From: Gammaproteobacteria bacterium
GTDB lineage: Bacteria; Pseudomonadota; Gammaproteobacteria; SZUA-229
Assembly (NCBI GenBank): GCA_011051475.1
Contig: DRLE01000036.1
Coordinates: 1-53,490 of the forward strand
Direction of reading: 5' to 3'
DNA: 53,490 bases
The notes beneath the pieces are model-generated. The model was not told the DNA's origin and searched no databases. It worked only from the letters and a program-made list of their open reading frames with translations. Both the position numbers and the translations under genes were made by a program. Below, piece after piece: positions 6,762 through 17,027 of this stretch. Every line of letters begins with the position of its first letter. The first letter of the stretch is position 1.

Positions 6762-9065
6762 TCAGCCTGTTTCCTGTCGGTCCGGCGGCGGCCGGTCGTT
6801 ATCGCTACCTGCCAATGGTAGTATAAAGCAGAACTGGGAGCCACCTTCTTCTCTTTCTCTGTACCATAATACGCCATTGTGCTCCTCTATAATCGAGCGG
6901 CAGATAGACAGGCCCATGCCGAGGCCATCGGCCTTGGTCGTAAAATAGGTATCGAATATCCTGTCGACGTTTTCCCGGGAGACGCCTTCACCGGCATCGT
7001 ATACCGAAACGCGGACGTAACCCTTGTCATCGATTTCACTTTTAATCAGTAAGCTTCGTTGCTCCTCGGCAATGTCCTGCATGGCATCAAAGGCATTGCG
7101 TATCAGGTTAATCATGACCTGTTCGATTTGCAGTACATCAACGTTTACCACCAGGCTGGAAGGTTCGAGTTCAAGCTCCGGCCGCGGGCTGATATTCTGC
7201 TGGCTGATCAGAACCAGGTCAACGGATTTGCGTATAATGTTATTGAGGTCGGCCTGTTCAAGATGGAATGTTTCACGGTGCGCGAAGCTGCGCATTTTTC
7301 GGATGATTTCGCTGGCGCGTTCCACCTGTTCTATTGATGAGTTAACGGCCTTGATAATGTCCTTGCAGGTGTCGGCCTCGGGGTCGCAACGACGCAGGCT
7401 GGCCTGCAGGTAGAGCGACATGGCCGCCAGCGGCTGGTTCAGTTCATGGGCGATACCCGCCGCCATCTCACCCATAATGCTGAGACGGCCGGCATGCGCC
7501 ATTTCGGCGATGTGTTCCTGCCTTTCTTTCTCCCTTGCCAGACGCTCGCTGATGTCGACCACCAGAGCCGTGTAAAGAGTGCTGCCATCGATAAGCGTTT
7601 TGCTGATTTTTATGGATACCGGTACCCGCCTGGCGGATTTCGTCAGTATATCGATTTCGAAGGCCCTTGCCGATTCGCCATTGCTCTTGCTGTCATCGCT
7701 GACAAGCTGGCCGGTAAGCAGCAGGCGGTAGTTTTCAAGATTTTCCTCCGGGATCAGTATGCGCACACTTTTACCCAGAACTTCTTCTGCCCGGTAACCG
7801 AACAGCTGCTCGGCGGCGGCATTGAAGGTTTCAATATTTCCCTGACTGTCTATGGTAATAATGGCCTCGGCGGCATTGTCCAGGATATTGACAAGGCGCT
7901 GCTGCCTGGACTGTACCTGTCTTCGCATTTTATCGAATGCCTCGGTCAGCTGGCGTATCTCCTGGGCACTGCTACGGGTTTTGATGCTGGCTTTCCTGCC
8001 GCCGGCCTCGTCCTCAAGCGCCTGAGCAACCTGGCTGATGGGCATGAGAATGGTACGGGAGAAAATAATATAGCCTAGCAGAATAAGCAGAGAGCCGACC
8101 GCGAACAGGAACCACAGCGAATCGGAAAGCTGTCGTGCCAGAGAGGTAAGTTGCATCATGGAGGCGGTACGAATATCCTCGATTTTTATGTGCAGCTGGT
8201 TGAAAGAACTGTCCAGGTGTTCAAAAGCGGGGCGGATCTTTTCACCCAGAAGCACAATGTCCTGGCGCCAGTCGGGTGCGTTCAGCATGCTGATGGCATA
8301 GCGGTAGTACTGCACGGCATCTTCAATCTGCCTGTTAAGGCTGGCTATGTCGGCTTCAATTTCCAGTGAAAGCCTGTCCCTGTCTTTCTCCTGTTTCAGT
8401 TCTTCCAGAAGCTGATCAAGCCTGCTGAAATACATTTTGATGTTGTTAACTCGGTCTCTGAAGGCTGCGGTCCAGTCACCGGTAAAGATACCAAAGCGCA
8501 CGGAAACAAGCAGGCGGAATTCCGCCATCATGCGTACCCAGGTGTAGCGAATATCGGACAGCCGGGTTCTTGTTTCGTAGGGCAGGTCTTCCCTGCTCGC
8601 AGACAGCAGAATATTGTTGATCAGGGACAGGATTTCAATATTGTCCGTGTTAAGCGCGAGCATAATGGTCGTAAAGGGAAAGGTTTTTTCTGCATCCAGG
8701 CGTACCTTCACGGCCTGGTCCAGCTCTGTGCGGCATTGTTCAATGTTTTTACCCAGTTGATCCAGTTGTTCCAGAAAACCGTGATCGATATTGCCGTGGT
8801 TTATTCTGTTGAACTGTTCGAATGTCCGGATCAGATTGTCGAGCGAATCGAGATAGGCCTGGTGGTGCTTTTTATCGGGTTCGATCATGAATTCCATGGT
8901 GGTGAACTTGACGTTCTGGTACCGGGTGTTGAATTCATGGAAAACGTTTTCTATATCACGCAGAACCTCCATGTCATGATGGTGCTCATGGACCCCCCGC
9001 TGCACGCTGTACCAGCCGAAAACAGTAATTATGGCCAGCAGGATAAACAGCATCAGTGCGACCAT
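6762..9065 (-). CDS. Membrane sensor histidine kinase: 2 TM helices, a roughly 300-aa helical periplasmic domain, HAMP, PAS, HisKA and HATPase (FixL/DctB-like transmitter)
   Basis: TM1 MVALMLFILLAIITVFGWY and TM2 LWFLFAVGSLLILLGYIIF. PAS LVNILDNAAEAIITIDSQGNIETFN. H-box MAAGIAHELNQPL. N/G boxes NLIRNAFDAM, DAGEGV, GLGMGLSICRSI. Start is set at ATG 9065 just before TM1. The ORF extension to 9233 runs into terminator hairpins. Confidence 0.85.
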   Translation of the reverse strand: MVALMLFILLAIITVFGWYSVQRGVHEHHHDMEVLRDIENVFHEFNTRYQNVKFTTMEFMIEPDKKHHQAYLDSLDNLIRTFEQFNRINHGNIDHGFLEQLDQLGKNIEQCRTELDQAVKVRLDAEKTFPFTTIMLALNTDNIEILSLINNILLSASREDLPYETRTRLSDIRYTWVRMMAEFRLLVSVRFGIFTGDWTAAFRDRVNNIKMYFSRLDQLLEELKQEKDRDRLSLEIEADIASLNRQIEDAVQYYRYAISMLNAPDWRQDIVLLGEKIRPAFEHLDSSFNQLHIKIEDIRTASMMQLTSLARQLSDSLWFLFAVGSLLILLGYIIFSRTILMPISQVAQALEDEAGGRKASIKTRSSAQEIRQLTEAFDKMRRQVQSRQQRLVNILDNAAEAIITIDSQGNIETFNAAAEQLFGYRAEEVLGKSVRILIPEENLENYRLLLTGQLVSDDSKSNGESARAFEIDILTKSARRVPVSIKISKTLIDGSTLYTALVVDISERLAREKERQEHIAEMAHAGRLSIMGEMAAGIAHELNQPLAAMSLYLQASLRRCDPEADTCKDIIKAVNSSIEQVERASEIIRKMRSFAHRETFHLEQADLNNIIRKSVDLVLISQQNISPRPELELEPSSLVVNVDVLQIEQVMINLIRNAFDAMQDIAEEQRSLLIKSEIDDKGYVRVSVYDAGEGVSRENVDRIFDTYFTTKADGLGMGLSICRSIIEEHNGVLWYREREEGGSQFCFILPLAGSDNDRPPPDRQETG

Positions 9066-9219
9066 AATATAACGGGCGCGCAGCGTGGCTGGAATGATCA
9101 GTCTGGAAAGATTGCTCAAATTACAGATCGTAATGTCATTTAAAAAAACAGGCTCTGGCCTTGCAGATAGCCTGATTATATTACGGAAACGCCGGCGAAT
9201 GTTGTTTTGTGCGCCGGCA

Positions 9220-9253
9220 AAAAGCCGGTGCAATGAAGGCAGTGCCGGCTTTT
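9220..9253 (-). terminator. Probable intrinsic terminator downstream of yggT
   Basis: aaaagccgg-N16-ccggctttt, followed by a T run on the minus strand. Further hairpins lie at 9191-9218 and 9271-9303. Confidence 0.5.
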
Positions 9254-9311
9254 TCTGTGCCGATGCCGGGCAGGGCCTGCTTATTCAGGGTTAACAGGCC
9301 CTGGAACGACC

Positions 9312-9863
9312 CTAGAACAGGCCAAACAGGGACAGCACCAGGCGTTTGAGAAACATCAGGCCGATCAGGGCTACCAGGGTGGACAGGTCGATACCACTGA
9401 TGGGCGGAATATACCGGCGGATGGGTCGCAGCACCGGCAGGGTCAGGCTGTACAGGATACGGTTGACCGGGTGGGCGGGGTCGGGACTGACCCAGCTTAA
9501 AATGGCCTGGATAAACAGGGCAAAGATGAATATGTCGAAGGTCAGACTGACCAGGTCATACAGGCTCTGTATCAGCAGGCTGCCAATGCTGATAGCGTAA
9601 CCGGCGATGGCCAGCAGCAATACCAGCTTGACCAGTATCAGGGCGACGACCAGCACCAGGGTTGCGGTGTCGACCTTGCCGATACTGGGAATCAGGGTGC
9701 GTGCCGGCCTGACCAGCGGTTGTGTCATTTTGACCACGAACTGCGAAATCGGATTGTAGAAATCCGCGCCAACCTGTTGCAGCAGAAAACGCAGCAACAT
9801 AATGGCGATATAGATACTGAATATCGTATCGATCAGGAAAATAAACGGGTTTTCATTGCTCAT
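9312..9863 (-). CDS. yggT: YggT-family integral membrane protein
   Basis: About 180-aa polytopic protein with the duplicated YggT pattern (LLRFLLQ...NPISQFVVKMTQPLVRPAR and ILSWV...NRILYSLTLPVLRPIRR). It sits immediately downstream of proC, as in many Gammaproteobacteria. Confidence 0.85.
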   Translation of the reverse strand: MSNENPFIFLIDTIFSIYIAIMLLRFLLQQVGADFYNPISQFVVKMTQPLVRPARTLIPSIGKVDTATLVLVVALILVKLVLLLAIAGYAISIGSLLIQSLYDLVSLTFDIFIFALFIQAILSWVSPDPAHPVNRILYSLTLPVLRPIRRYIPPISGIDLSTLVALIGLMFLKRLVLSLFGLF

Positions 9864-9882
9864 AATCTACCTTTATGGTGGC

Positions 9883-10725
9883 TTATTCCGCCTTTCCAAG
9901 TTCTTCGGCCAGCTCCTGCGAGCGCTTGCTGGCCGCCTGCAGGGCTCTTTCCACCATCTGCTCGAAACCGTCGGCCTGAAAACTGCGGATGGCCGCTTCC
10001 GTGGTGCCGCCTTTTGATGTGACCTGTTCGCGCAGGGTGGCGGGCGGTGTGGTGTTTTCCGAGGCCATGCGGGCGGCGCCCAGTGCGGTCTGAATGGTCA
10101 GCTGCCGTGCGGTGTTGGCGGGCAGGCCCAGTTTTTCGCCGGCCTGCTGCATGGCTTCCATGAGCAGGAAAAAATATGCCGGGCCGCTGCCGGAAACCGC
10201 GGTCACCGCGTTCAGCTGCGTTTCATCATCAACCCAGATAACCATGCCGACAGCGCCGAGGATTTCTTCCGCCTGCTGTTTCTGCTGCGCACTGACCCGT
10301 GCATTGGCGAACAGGCCGGCAGCGCCGCACTGCAGCAGCGAGGGGGTATTGGGCATGCAGCGGACAATGGCGCGGCCCCTGTCAGCCGGGGCATTATTTT
10401 CGCCGCCCAGCCAGCGGTTGATGTCGGTGCTGCGAATGCCGGCGGCAATGGAGATATACAGGGCATCTCCGGCCCGGGACGTATCCAGGGATTCGCAGAC
10501 CGTTCTGATAATCTGCGGCTTGACCGCCAGCACAATGCTGTCGCAGCGGGTAACGGCGTTGTTTTCACCGCTTGTCTGTATGCCGAACTGTTGCGCCAGC
10601 AGCTGCCGGCGTTCGCCGTCCGGTTCGGCAACCATAATATCCGTGGCGCGGTAACCGGCCTTGAGCAGGCCGCCGATCAGGCTGGCCGCCATATTGCCGC
10701 CGCCGATAAATCCGATTGTAGACAT
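9883..10725 (-). CDS. proC: Pyrroline-5-carboxylate reductase
   Basis: MSTIGFIGGGNMAASLIGGL is the NADP-binding fold, with VTSKGGTTEAAI near the C-terminus. Start chosen at ATG 10725; the ORF is open to 10782. Confidence 0.9.
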   Translation of the reverse strand: MSTIGFIGGGNMAASLIGGLLKAGYRATDIMVAEPDGERRQLLAQQFGIQTSGENNAVTRCDSIVLAVKPQIIRTVCESLDTSRAGDALYISIAAGIRSTDINRWLGGENNAPADRGRAIVRCMPNTPSLLQCGAAGLFANARVSAQQKQQAEEILGAVGMVIWVDDETQLNAVTAVSGSGPAYFFLLMEAMQQAGEKLGLPANTARQLTIQTALGAARMASENTTPPATLREQVTSKGGTTEAAIRSFQADGFEQMVERALQAASKRSQELAEELGKAE

Positions 10726-10934
10726 GCGCAAGACTCGCGTCGGGTTAGTGATTGATGACGGCATATTACCATATTCATCCATCGCCTTTCGCTGCAGGGG
10801 CTTCGGGTCTGCCTGCCGAAAAAAACCGGTGAAATACCGGTGGATTTGGGAAAGTCGGTGAATTTTTAGCTATAAATAGGAAAGCCTAAAAAGAATTAAA
10901 CCCGTTACACCACAGTTTTTACCAGGGGAGACCA

Positions 10935-11969
10935 ATGGATATTGCTCAGTTACTTGCATTCAGTGTTAAAAACGGCGCTTCAGATTTGCACCTGTCCGCC
11001 GGCCTGCCGCCGATGATTCGCGTCGACGGCGATGTGCGCCGCATCAACGTGGATCCCATGGACCACGAGTCGGTTCACGGCATGGTCTATGACATTATGA
11101 ACGACAAGCAGCGCAAGACCTTTGAGGAATACCTCGAAACCGACTTTTCATTTGAAATTCCCGGCCTGGCGCGTTTTCGTGTCAATGCCTTTAACCATAA
11201 CCGTGGCGCCGGCGCTGTGTTCCGTACCATTCCCTCCAAGATTCTCACCCTGGAGGAACTGCAGGCGCCGAAAATTTTTGAGCAGATTGCCGACACGCCC
11301 CGCGGCATCGTGCTGGTGACCGGTCCGACCGGCTCCGGTAAGTCGACCACACTGGCGGGTATGGTGAACTATGTCAACGAAAACCATTACGGCCATATTC
11401 TTACCATTGAAGACCCGATCGAATTTGTTCATGAAAGCAAGAAATCGCTGGTCAACCAGCGTGAGGTACACCGCGATACTCTGGGTTTCAGTGAGGCGCT
11501 GCGCTCGGCGCTGCGTGAAGACCCCGATGTCATCCTCGTGGGCGAGATGCGTGACCTTGAAACCATCCGCCTGGCGCTGTCCGCGGCGGAAACCGGTCAT
11601 CTGGTTTTCGGCACCCTGCATACCAGCTCGGCGGCAAAAACCATTGACCGTATCGTCGACGTGTTTCCTGCGGCGGAAAAGGAAATGGTGCGCGCCATGC
11701 TGTCAGAATCGCTGCGCGCGGTTATTTCCCAGACCCTGCTGAAGAAGATCGGCGGCGGCCGTGTTGCCGCGCATGAAATCATGATCGGTACTTCGGCAAT
11801 CAAGAACCTGATCCGTGAGAACAAGATTGCACAGATGTTCTCGGCGATTCAGACCGGTCAGTCCATCGGCATGCAGACCCTGGACCAGAACCTGCAGGAG
11901 CTGCTGGCACGCGGCCTGATCAGCAAGGACGAAGCGCGCAAGAAAGCGGCTAACAAGGACCTGTTCTAG
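10935..11969 (+). CDS. pilT: Type IV pilus retraction ATPase PilT
   Basis: ASDLHLSAGLPPMIRVDG, Walker A GPTGSGKSTT, Walker B ILVGEMRD, His box GHLVFGTLHT and the AIKNLIRE motif. Confidence 0.95.
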   Translation: MDIAQLLAFSVKNGASDLHLSAGLPPMIRVDGDVRRINVDPMDHESVHGMVYDIMNDKQRKTFEEYLETDFSFEIPGLARFRVNAFNHNRGAGAVFRTIPSKILTLEELQAPKIFEQIADTPRGIVLVTGPTGSGKSTTLAGMVNYVNENHYGHILTIEDPIEFVHESKKSLVNQREVHRDTLGFSEALRSALREDPDVILVGEMRDLETIRLALSAAETGHLVFGTLHTSSAAKTIDRIVDVFPAAEKEMVRAMLSESLRAVISQTLLKKIGGGRVAAHEIMIGTSAIKNLIRENKIAQMFSAIQTGQSIGMQTLDQNLQELLARGLISKDEARKKAANKDLF

Positions 11970-12101
11970 AAAATCCGGCCCAGGAGGCCCTGCTTCCGGC
12001 TTGCCCGCAAAGCGCCGGAATAGAGCAGGGGAACGGCCAGAAACTCGTATTGATATCAATAGTTCATTCCAGTAATCACGAAGTTGTAAGAGGATCAAAC
12101 G

Positions 12102-13265
12102 GTGGATCGCGATAAAGCCATAAAATACATGCATGACCTGCTGCGCCTGATGGTGCAGAAGAACGGTTCCGACCTGTTTATTACCGCCGGTGCGGTACCG
12201 TCGATGAAAGCCGATGGTGAAATGAAGCCGTTGTCCAACCAGGCATTAACGCCGCAGCATACCCAGGTGCTGGTCAGCTCGATCATGAATGATCGCCAGC
12301 GCGCCGAATTCGAGGAAAGCCAGGAGTGCAACTTTGCCATCAGTCTGCCGGGGGTGTCGCGTTTTCGTGTCAATGCCTTTACCCAGCGCGGCTCCGTTGG
12401 TGTGGTACTGCGTGTAATCCGCTCCGAGATACCCGAGTTCGAAGATCTTAACCTGCCGCCGATATTAAAAGATATTTCCATGACCAAGCGTGGTCTGGTG
12501 ATTTTTGTCGGCGCCACCGGTTCCGGTAAGTCGACGTCGCTGGCGGCCATGGTGGGCTATCGCAACCAGAACAGCCGCGGCCATATTATTACCATCGAGG
12601 ACCCGATCGAGTTTATCCATAACCACCGCAACTGTATTGTCACCCAGCGCGAGGTCGGCGTGGACACGGAAAACTACGAGATCGCGCTGAAGAACACCCT
12701 GCGTCAGGCGCCCGATGTCATTCTTATCGGTGAGATCCGTGACCGTGAAACCATGGAGCACGCGATTGCCTTTGCCGAAACCGGACATCTCTGCCTGTCC
12801 ACACTGCACGCCAACAGTACCAACCAGGCACTGGACCGTATTATCAACTTTTTCCCGGAAGACCGCCGCCAGCAGTTGCTGATGGACCTGTCGCTGAATC
12901 TGAAGAGCCTGATTTCACAGCGCCTGATTGCCACGGCCAACCGCACAGGCCGTGTTGCCGCGGTTGAAATCATGATCAATTCGCCGCTGATGGCCGACCT
13001 GATCTTCAAGGGCAATGTGCATGACATCAAGGAACTGATTGCCAAGTCCAATGAGCTGGGCATGCAGACCTTTGACCAGGCCCTGTTCGACCTGTTTGAA
13101 AGCGGCCAGATCAGGTACGAGGATGCCCTGCGCAATGCCGACTCTGTCAATGACCTGCGCCTGCGTATCAAGCTGGAAGGCAAGCATGCGAAAAGCAGCG
13201 ACCTGATGGAAGGCCTGGACAGTATTACGGTCGAAGACAATGATGACAAATCACGCATCCGTTAG
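12102..13265 (+). CDS. pilU: PilT-family ATPase PilU
   Basis: LLRLMVQKNGSDLFITAGAVPSMKADG, Walker A GATGSGKSTS, GHLCLSTLHA. About 380 aa with a PilU-type C-terminal tail. GTG start. Confidence 0.85.
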   Translation: MDRDKAIKYMHDLLRLMVQKNGSDLFITAGAVPSMKADGEMKPLSNQALTPQHTQVLVSSIMNDRQRAEFEESQECNFAISLPGVSRFRVNAFTQRGSVGVVLRVIRSEIPEFEDLNLPPILKDISMTKRGLVIFVGATGSGKSTSLAAMVGYRNQNSRGHIITIEDPIEFIHNHRNCIVTQREVGVDTENYEIALKNTLRQAPDVILIGEIRDRETMEHAIAFAETGHLCLSTLHANSTNQALDRIINFFPEDRRQQLLMDLSLNLKSLISQRLIATANRTGRVAAVEIMINSPLMADLIFKGNVHDIKELIAKSNELGMQTFDQALFDLFESGQIRYEDALRNADSVNDLRLRIKLEGKHAKSSDLMEGLDSITVEDNDDKSRIR

Positions 13266-13311
13266 AAACCGCTGCTGGCGTTATGATGATTAAAACGGAA
13301 GAGACAGATAG

Positions 13312-14445
13312 ATGAATCTGCAACCTTACCTCAAGTTGATGTCGGAGCAGAATGCTTCGGACATGTATTTCACCACCGGCGCGCCGGTGGCGATGCGTAT
13401 CGATGGTGTCATGCGTCCGGTCGGCAAGAGCATGCTGAACCCGGGCATGACCAAGAAACTGGCCTATGACCTGCTGTCACCTGCCCAGATACAGGATTTT
13501 GAAAACAACCTGGAGCTCAACCTGGGCGTGTCCTATACCGACCTGGGCCGTTATCGCATCAATATCTATATGCAGCGCGGTGAGGTTTCCATGGTCATTC
13601 GTTTTATTCGCGCCGATATCCCGAGTCTGGATGAGCTGGGCCTGCCGGATATCTACAAGACCATGATCATGCGAAAGAAGGGACTGGTGCTGGTGGTCGG
13701 CGCCACCGGCATGGGCAAGTCAACCTCGCTGGCCTCCATGCTCGATTACCGTAATATGAAGGAGAGCGGGCATATTCTTACCATTGAAGACCCCATCGAG
13801 TTCATGTTCCGTCACAAGAAATGCATAGTCGGGCAGCGCGAGGTCGGACTGGATACGCTGTCCTTCGATAATGCCCTGCGAGAAGCCATGCGCGAGGCGC
13901 CGGACGTTATTATGATCGGCGAGGCGCGTGACCGTGACACCATGGAATCCGCCCTGCGTTACGCCGACACCGGCCATCTCTGTCTGACCACGCTGCACGC
14001 CACCAATGCCAACCAGACGCTTGACCGTCTGCTGAATTTTTTCCCCAGTGACGCACACAACCAGGTACTGATGGACCTGTCGCTGAATCTTAACTGCATC
14101 CTGGCGCAGCGTCTGGTCAAGGCGAAGGACGGACACCGTGAGGTTGCCGTGGAAGTGCTGGTGAATACGCCCTATATCAGCAAGCTGATCCGCGAGGGGG
14201 ATTTCCACGAGATCAAGGAGATTATGCAGAAGGGCAGCGAGTCAGGCATGAAAACATTCGACCAGGCCCTGTTTGAGCTGTTCAAGGCGAGGAAGATAGA
14301 CCTGGATACCGCGCTGGCCAATGCCGATTCGCGCAGCGACCTGGAGTGGAAAATCAACTTCGGGGGCGGGGTAAAGGATCTGCATGGCAAGGATGACCCC
14401 TCGGAAACGCTGGAGTTTCCCAGCAGTCCGGCTGACCAGAAGTAA
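13312..14445 (+). CDS. Second PilU-like PilT-family ATPase (tandem paralogue)
   Basis: ASDMYFTTGAPVAMRIDG, Walker A GATGMGKSTS, GHLCLTTLHA, YISKLIREGD. Colinear with the preceding pilU. Confidence 0.8.
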   Translation: MNLQPYLKLMSEQNASDMYFTTGAPVAMRIDGVMRPVGKSMLNPGMTKKLAYDLLSPAQIQDFENNLELNLGVSYTDLGRYRINIYMQRGEVSMVIRFIRADIPSLDELGLPDIYKTMIMRKKGLVLVVGATGMGKSTSLASMLDYRNMKESGHILTIEDPIEFMFRHKKCIVGQREVGLDTLSFDNALREAMREAPDVIMIGEARDRDTMESALRYADTGHLCLTTLHATNANQTLDRLLNFFPSDAHNQVLMDLSLNLNCILAQRLVKAKDGHREVAVEVLVNTPYISKLIREGDFHEIKEIMQKGSESGMKTFDQALFELFKARKIDLDTALANADSRSDLEWKINFGGGVKDLHGKDDPSETLEFPSSPADQK

Positions 14446-14700
14446 AAGCTGTTTTGCCGCGAAGGACGCAAAAGGCGCAAAGTAAAAGCTTTTATATTAT
14501 CCGCAAATGAACGCAAATAAACGCTAATAAAAAACTGTTTTAAGTTTCACTCTCAGTGAAGCGATATGTTTATTGATGTTTGTATCAAAGGCTGGACGAA
14601 ATAGATTAAGTACTAATTTGCGTTTATTTGCGTTCATTTGCGGAAATAATGCTTTTGTTTTTTTCGCGCCTTTTGCGTCCTTCGCGGCAAAAAACAGCTT
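14446..14700. repeat. 255-bp MITE/REP-like element with about 80-bp terminal inverted repeats built from phased CGCAAA motifs
   Basis: The left arm (14446-14524) and right arm (14620-14700) are reverse complements with near-perfect ends: aagctgtttt(tt)gccgcgaaggacgcaaaaggcgc and ccgcaaatgaacgcaaataaacgc. It exactly fills the gap between the convergent pilU2 and pyrC' stop codons. A shorter relative lies at 36934-37027. Confidence 0.8.
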
Positions 14701-14707
14701 CTATCAT

Positions 14708-15984
14708 TTAATCACTAAACAGCAAATCACCATCGATAATGGTGTGCTTCACCCGTCCCTGGAAATTCCAGCCGATAAAGGGCGAGTTCTTGCCGTGGCT
14801 GTGAATGGTTTCTTCGCTCAGCTGCCAGTCTTCCTCGGTATCGAAAATACAGATATCCGCGTTCGCCCCGACCTCAAGTCTGCCGGCATCGATACCCAGT
14901 ATCTGCGCCGGTGCGGTGCTGATGCGGTTGAATATATCGGTCAGCCCCATGCCGCTCTGATGCTGCAGACGCAGGCACAGGGGAAGAAAACTTTCCAGGG
15001 CGGAAACACCGGCTTCGGTGGCGGCAAAAGGTGCGTCCTTGGCGTCGCTGTTGTGCGGCTGGTGGTCGGAGCAGATGGCGTCGATAACGCCGCTGGCGAC
15101 ACCCTGCAGCAGAGTCTCGCGGTCGCGCTGGGTGCGCAGCGGCGGAATGACATGGCAGGCGCTGTTAAAGCTGCTGATATCGTGTTCGCTCAGGTGCAGC
15201 TGGTGGGCGCTGACATCGGCGCTTACCGGCAGCTGTTCGTTTTTCGCGCGCTCGATCATTGCCACGGCGCGGGCGCTGGAGAGGCGACCGAAGTGCGCGC
15301 TGACACCGGTTTCGGCCACCAGCTCCAGAGTGCGGGTAATGGCAATGGTTTCGGCCGAAGCCGGTATGCCCTTGAGTCCCAGGCGGGTGGCGATCTTGCC
15401 GTCATGGGCGCAGCCACCGGCACTGAGACTGTGCTCGTCCGGTTCGATAAAGACGCGCAGGCCGAAGGTGGCAGCGTAGGCAAAGGCGCGTTTCAGAATC
15501 TGGGTATTCTCTACCGGTGAGCGGCAGTTGCTCAGGCCGACGCAGCCGGCCTGTTGCAGGGCGGCCATTTCACTCAGCTGTTTGCCCTGCAGTCCCGTGG
15601 TCAGCGCGCCCAGTACCAGCACCCGGCTGTGTGCCGCATTGCCGGCTTTCTGATGAATCAGTTCGACCACGGCCGGTTCGTCGACAACCGGGTCGGTGTC
15701 CGGCGGGCAGCACAGGGTGGTAATACCGGCGCGGCTGGCGGCGACGGTTTCGCTTTCAATGGTGGCCTTGTGTTCCTGCCCGGGTTCGCGCAGGCGGGCA
15801 CACAGGTCGACCAGGCCGGGGGCAATGTGCAGGCCGCTGGCGTCGATAATCCGGGCATTGTCATTCTGGATGCTGCCGGGTGTTTCGATGGCGGCGATAC
15901 GGCCGTTGCTGATCAGCAGGTCGGCCTGTTTCTCGCTGTCATCCGTCGGGCTGAGCAGGACGCCGTGTTTGATAATGATATCGC

Positions 15985-15988
<4 letters not shown>
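14708..15988 (-). CDS. pyrC': Dihydroorotase-like protein, probably the non-catalytic PyrC' partner of PyrB
   Basis: Amidohydrolase fold. The first metal-binding motif reads [13 protein letters not shown] where active enzymes have DxHxHxR. It overlaps the pyrB stop by 4 nt (ATGA). Confidence 0.85.
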
Positions 15989-17016
<1,028 letters not shown>

Positions 17017-17027
17017 GGATGACCAGT

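Noticed and set aside
9066-9233. N-terminal extension of the sensor kinase ORF
   Set aside because: The extension is Arg-rich with no function-like features. It overlaps the yggT terminator hairpins, and the protein gains a normal topology if it starts at ATG 9065.
10819-10841. Terminator-like hairpin (ACCGGT-gaaat-ACCGGT with a T7 tail on the minus strand) in the proC leader, a possible attenuator
   Set aside because: The stem is only 6 bp, there is no leader peptide or alternative structure, and it sits in a divergent promoter region. That is too weak to call.
14573-15520. Long antisense ORFs opposite real genes (for example 14573-15520, 15554-16069, 33664-34590, 23935-24834, 26976-27752, 37203-37862, 43215-43922)
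   Set aside because: These are shadow frames of GC-rich genes. They lack recognisable motifs, are Ala/Gly/Arg/Ser-rich, and overlap genes with unambiguous family signatures. The start of 14573-15520 is translated from the inverted-repeat element.
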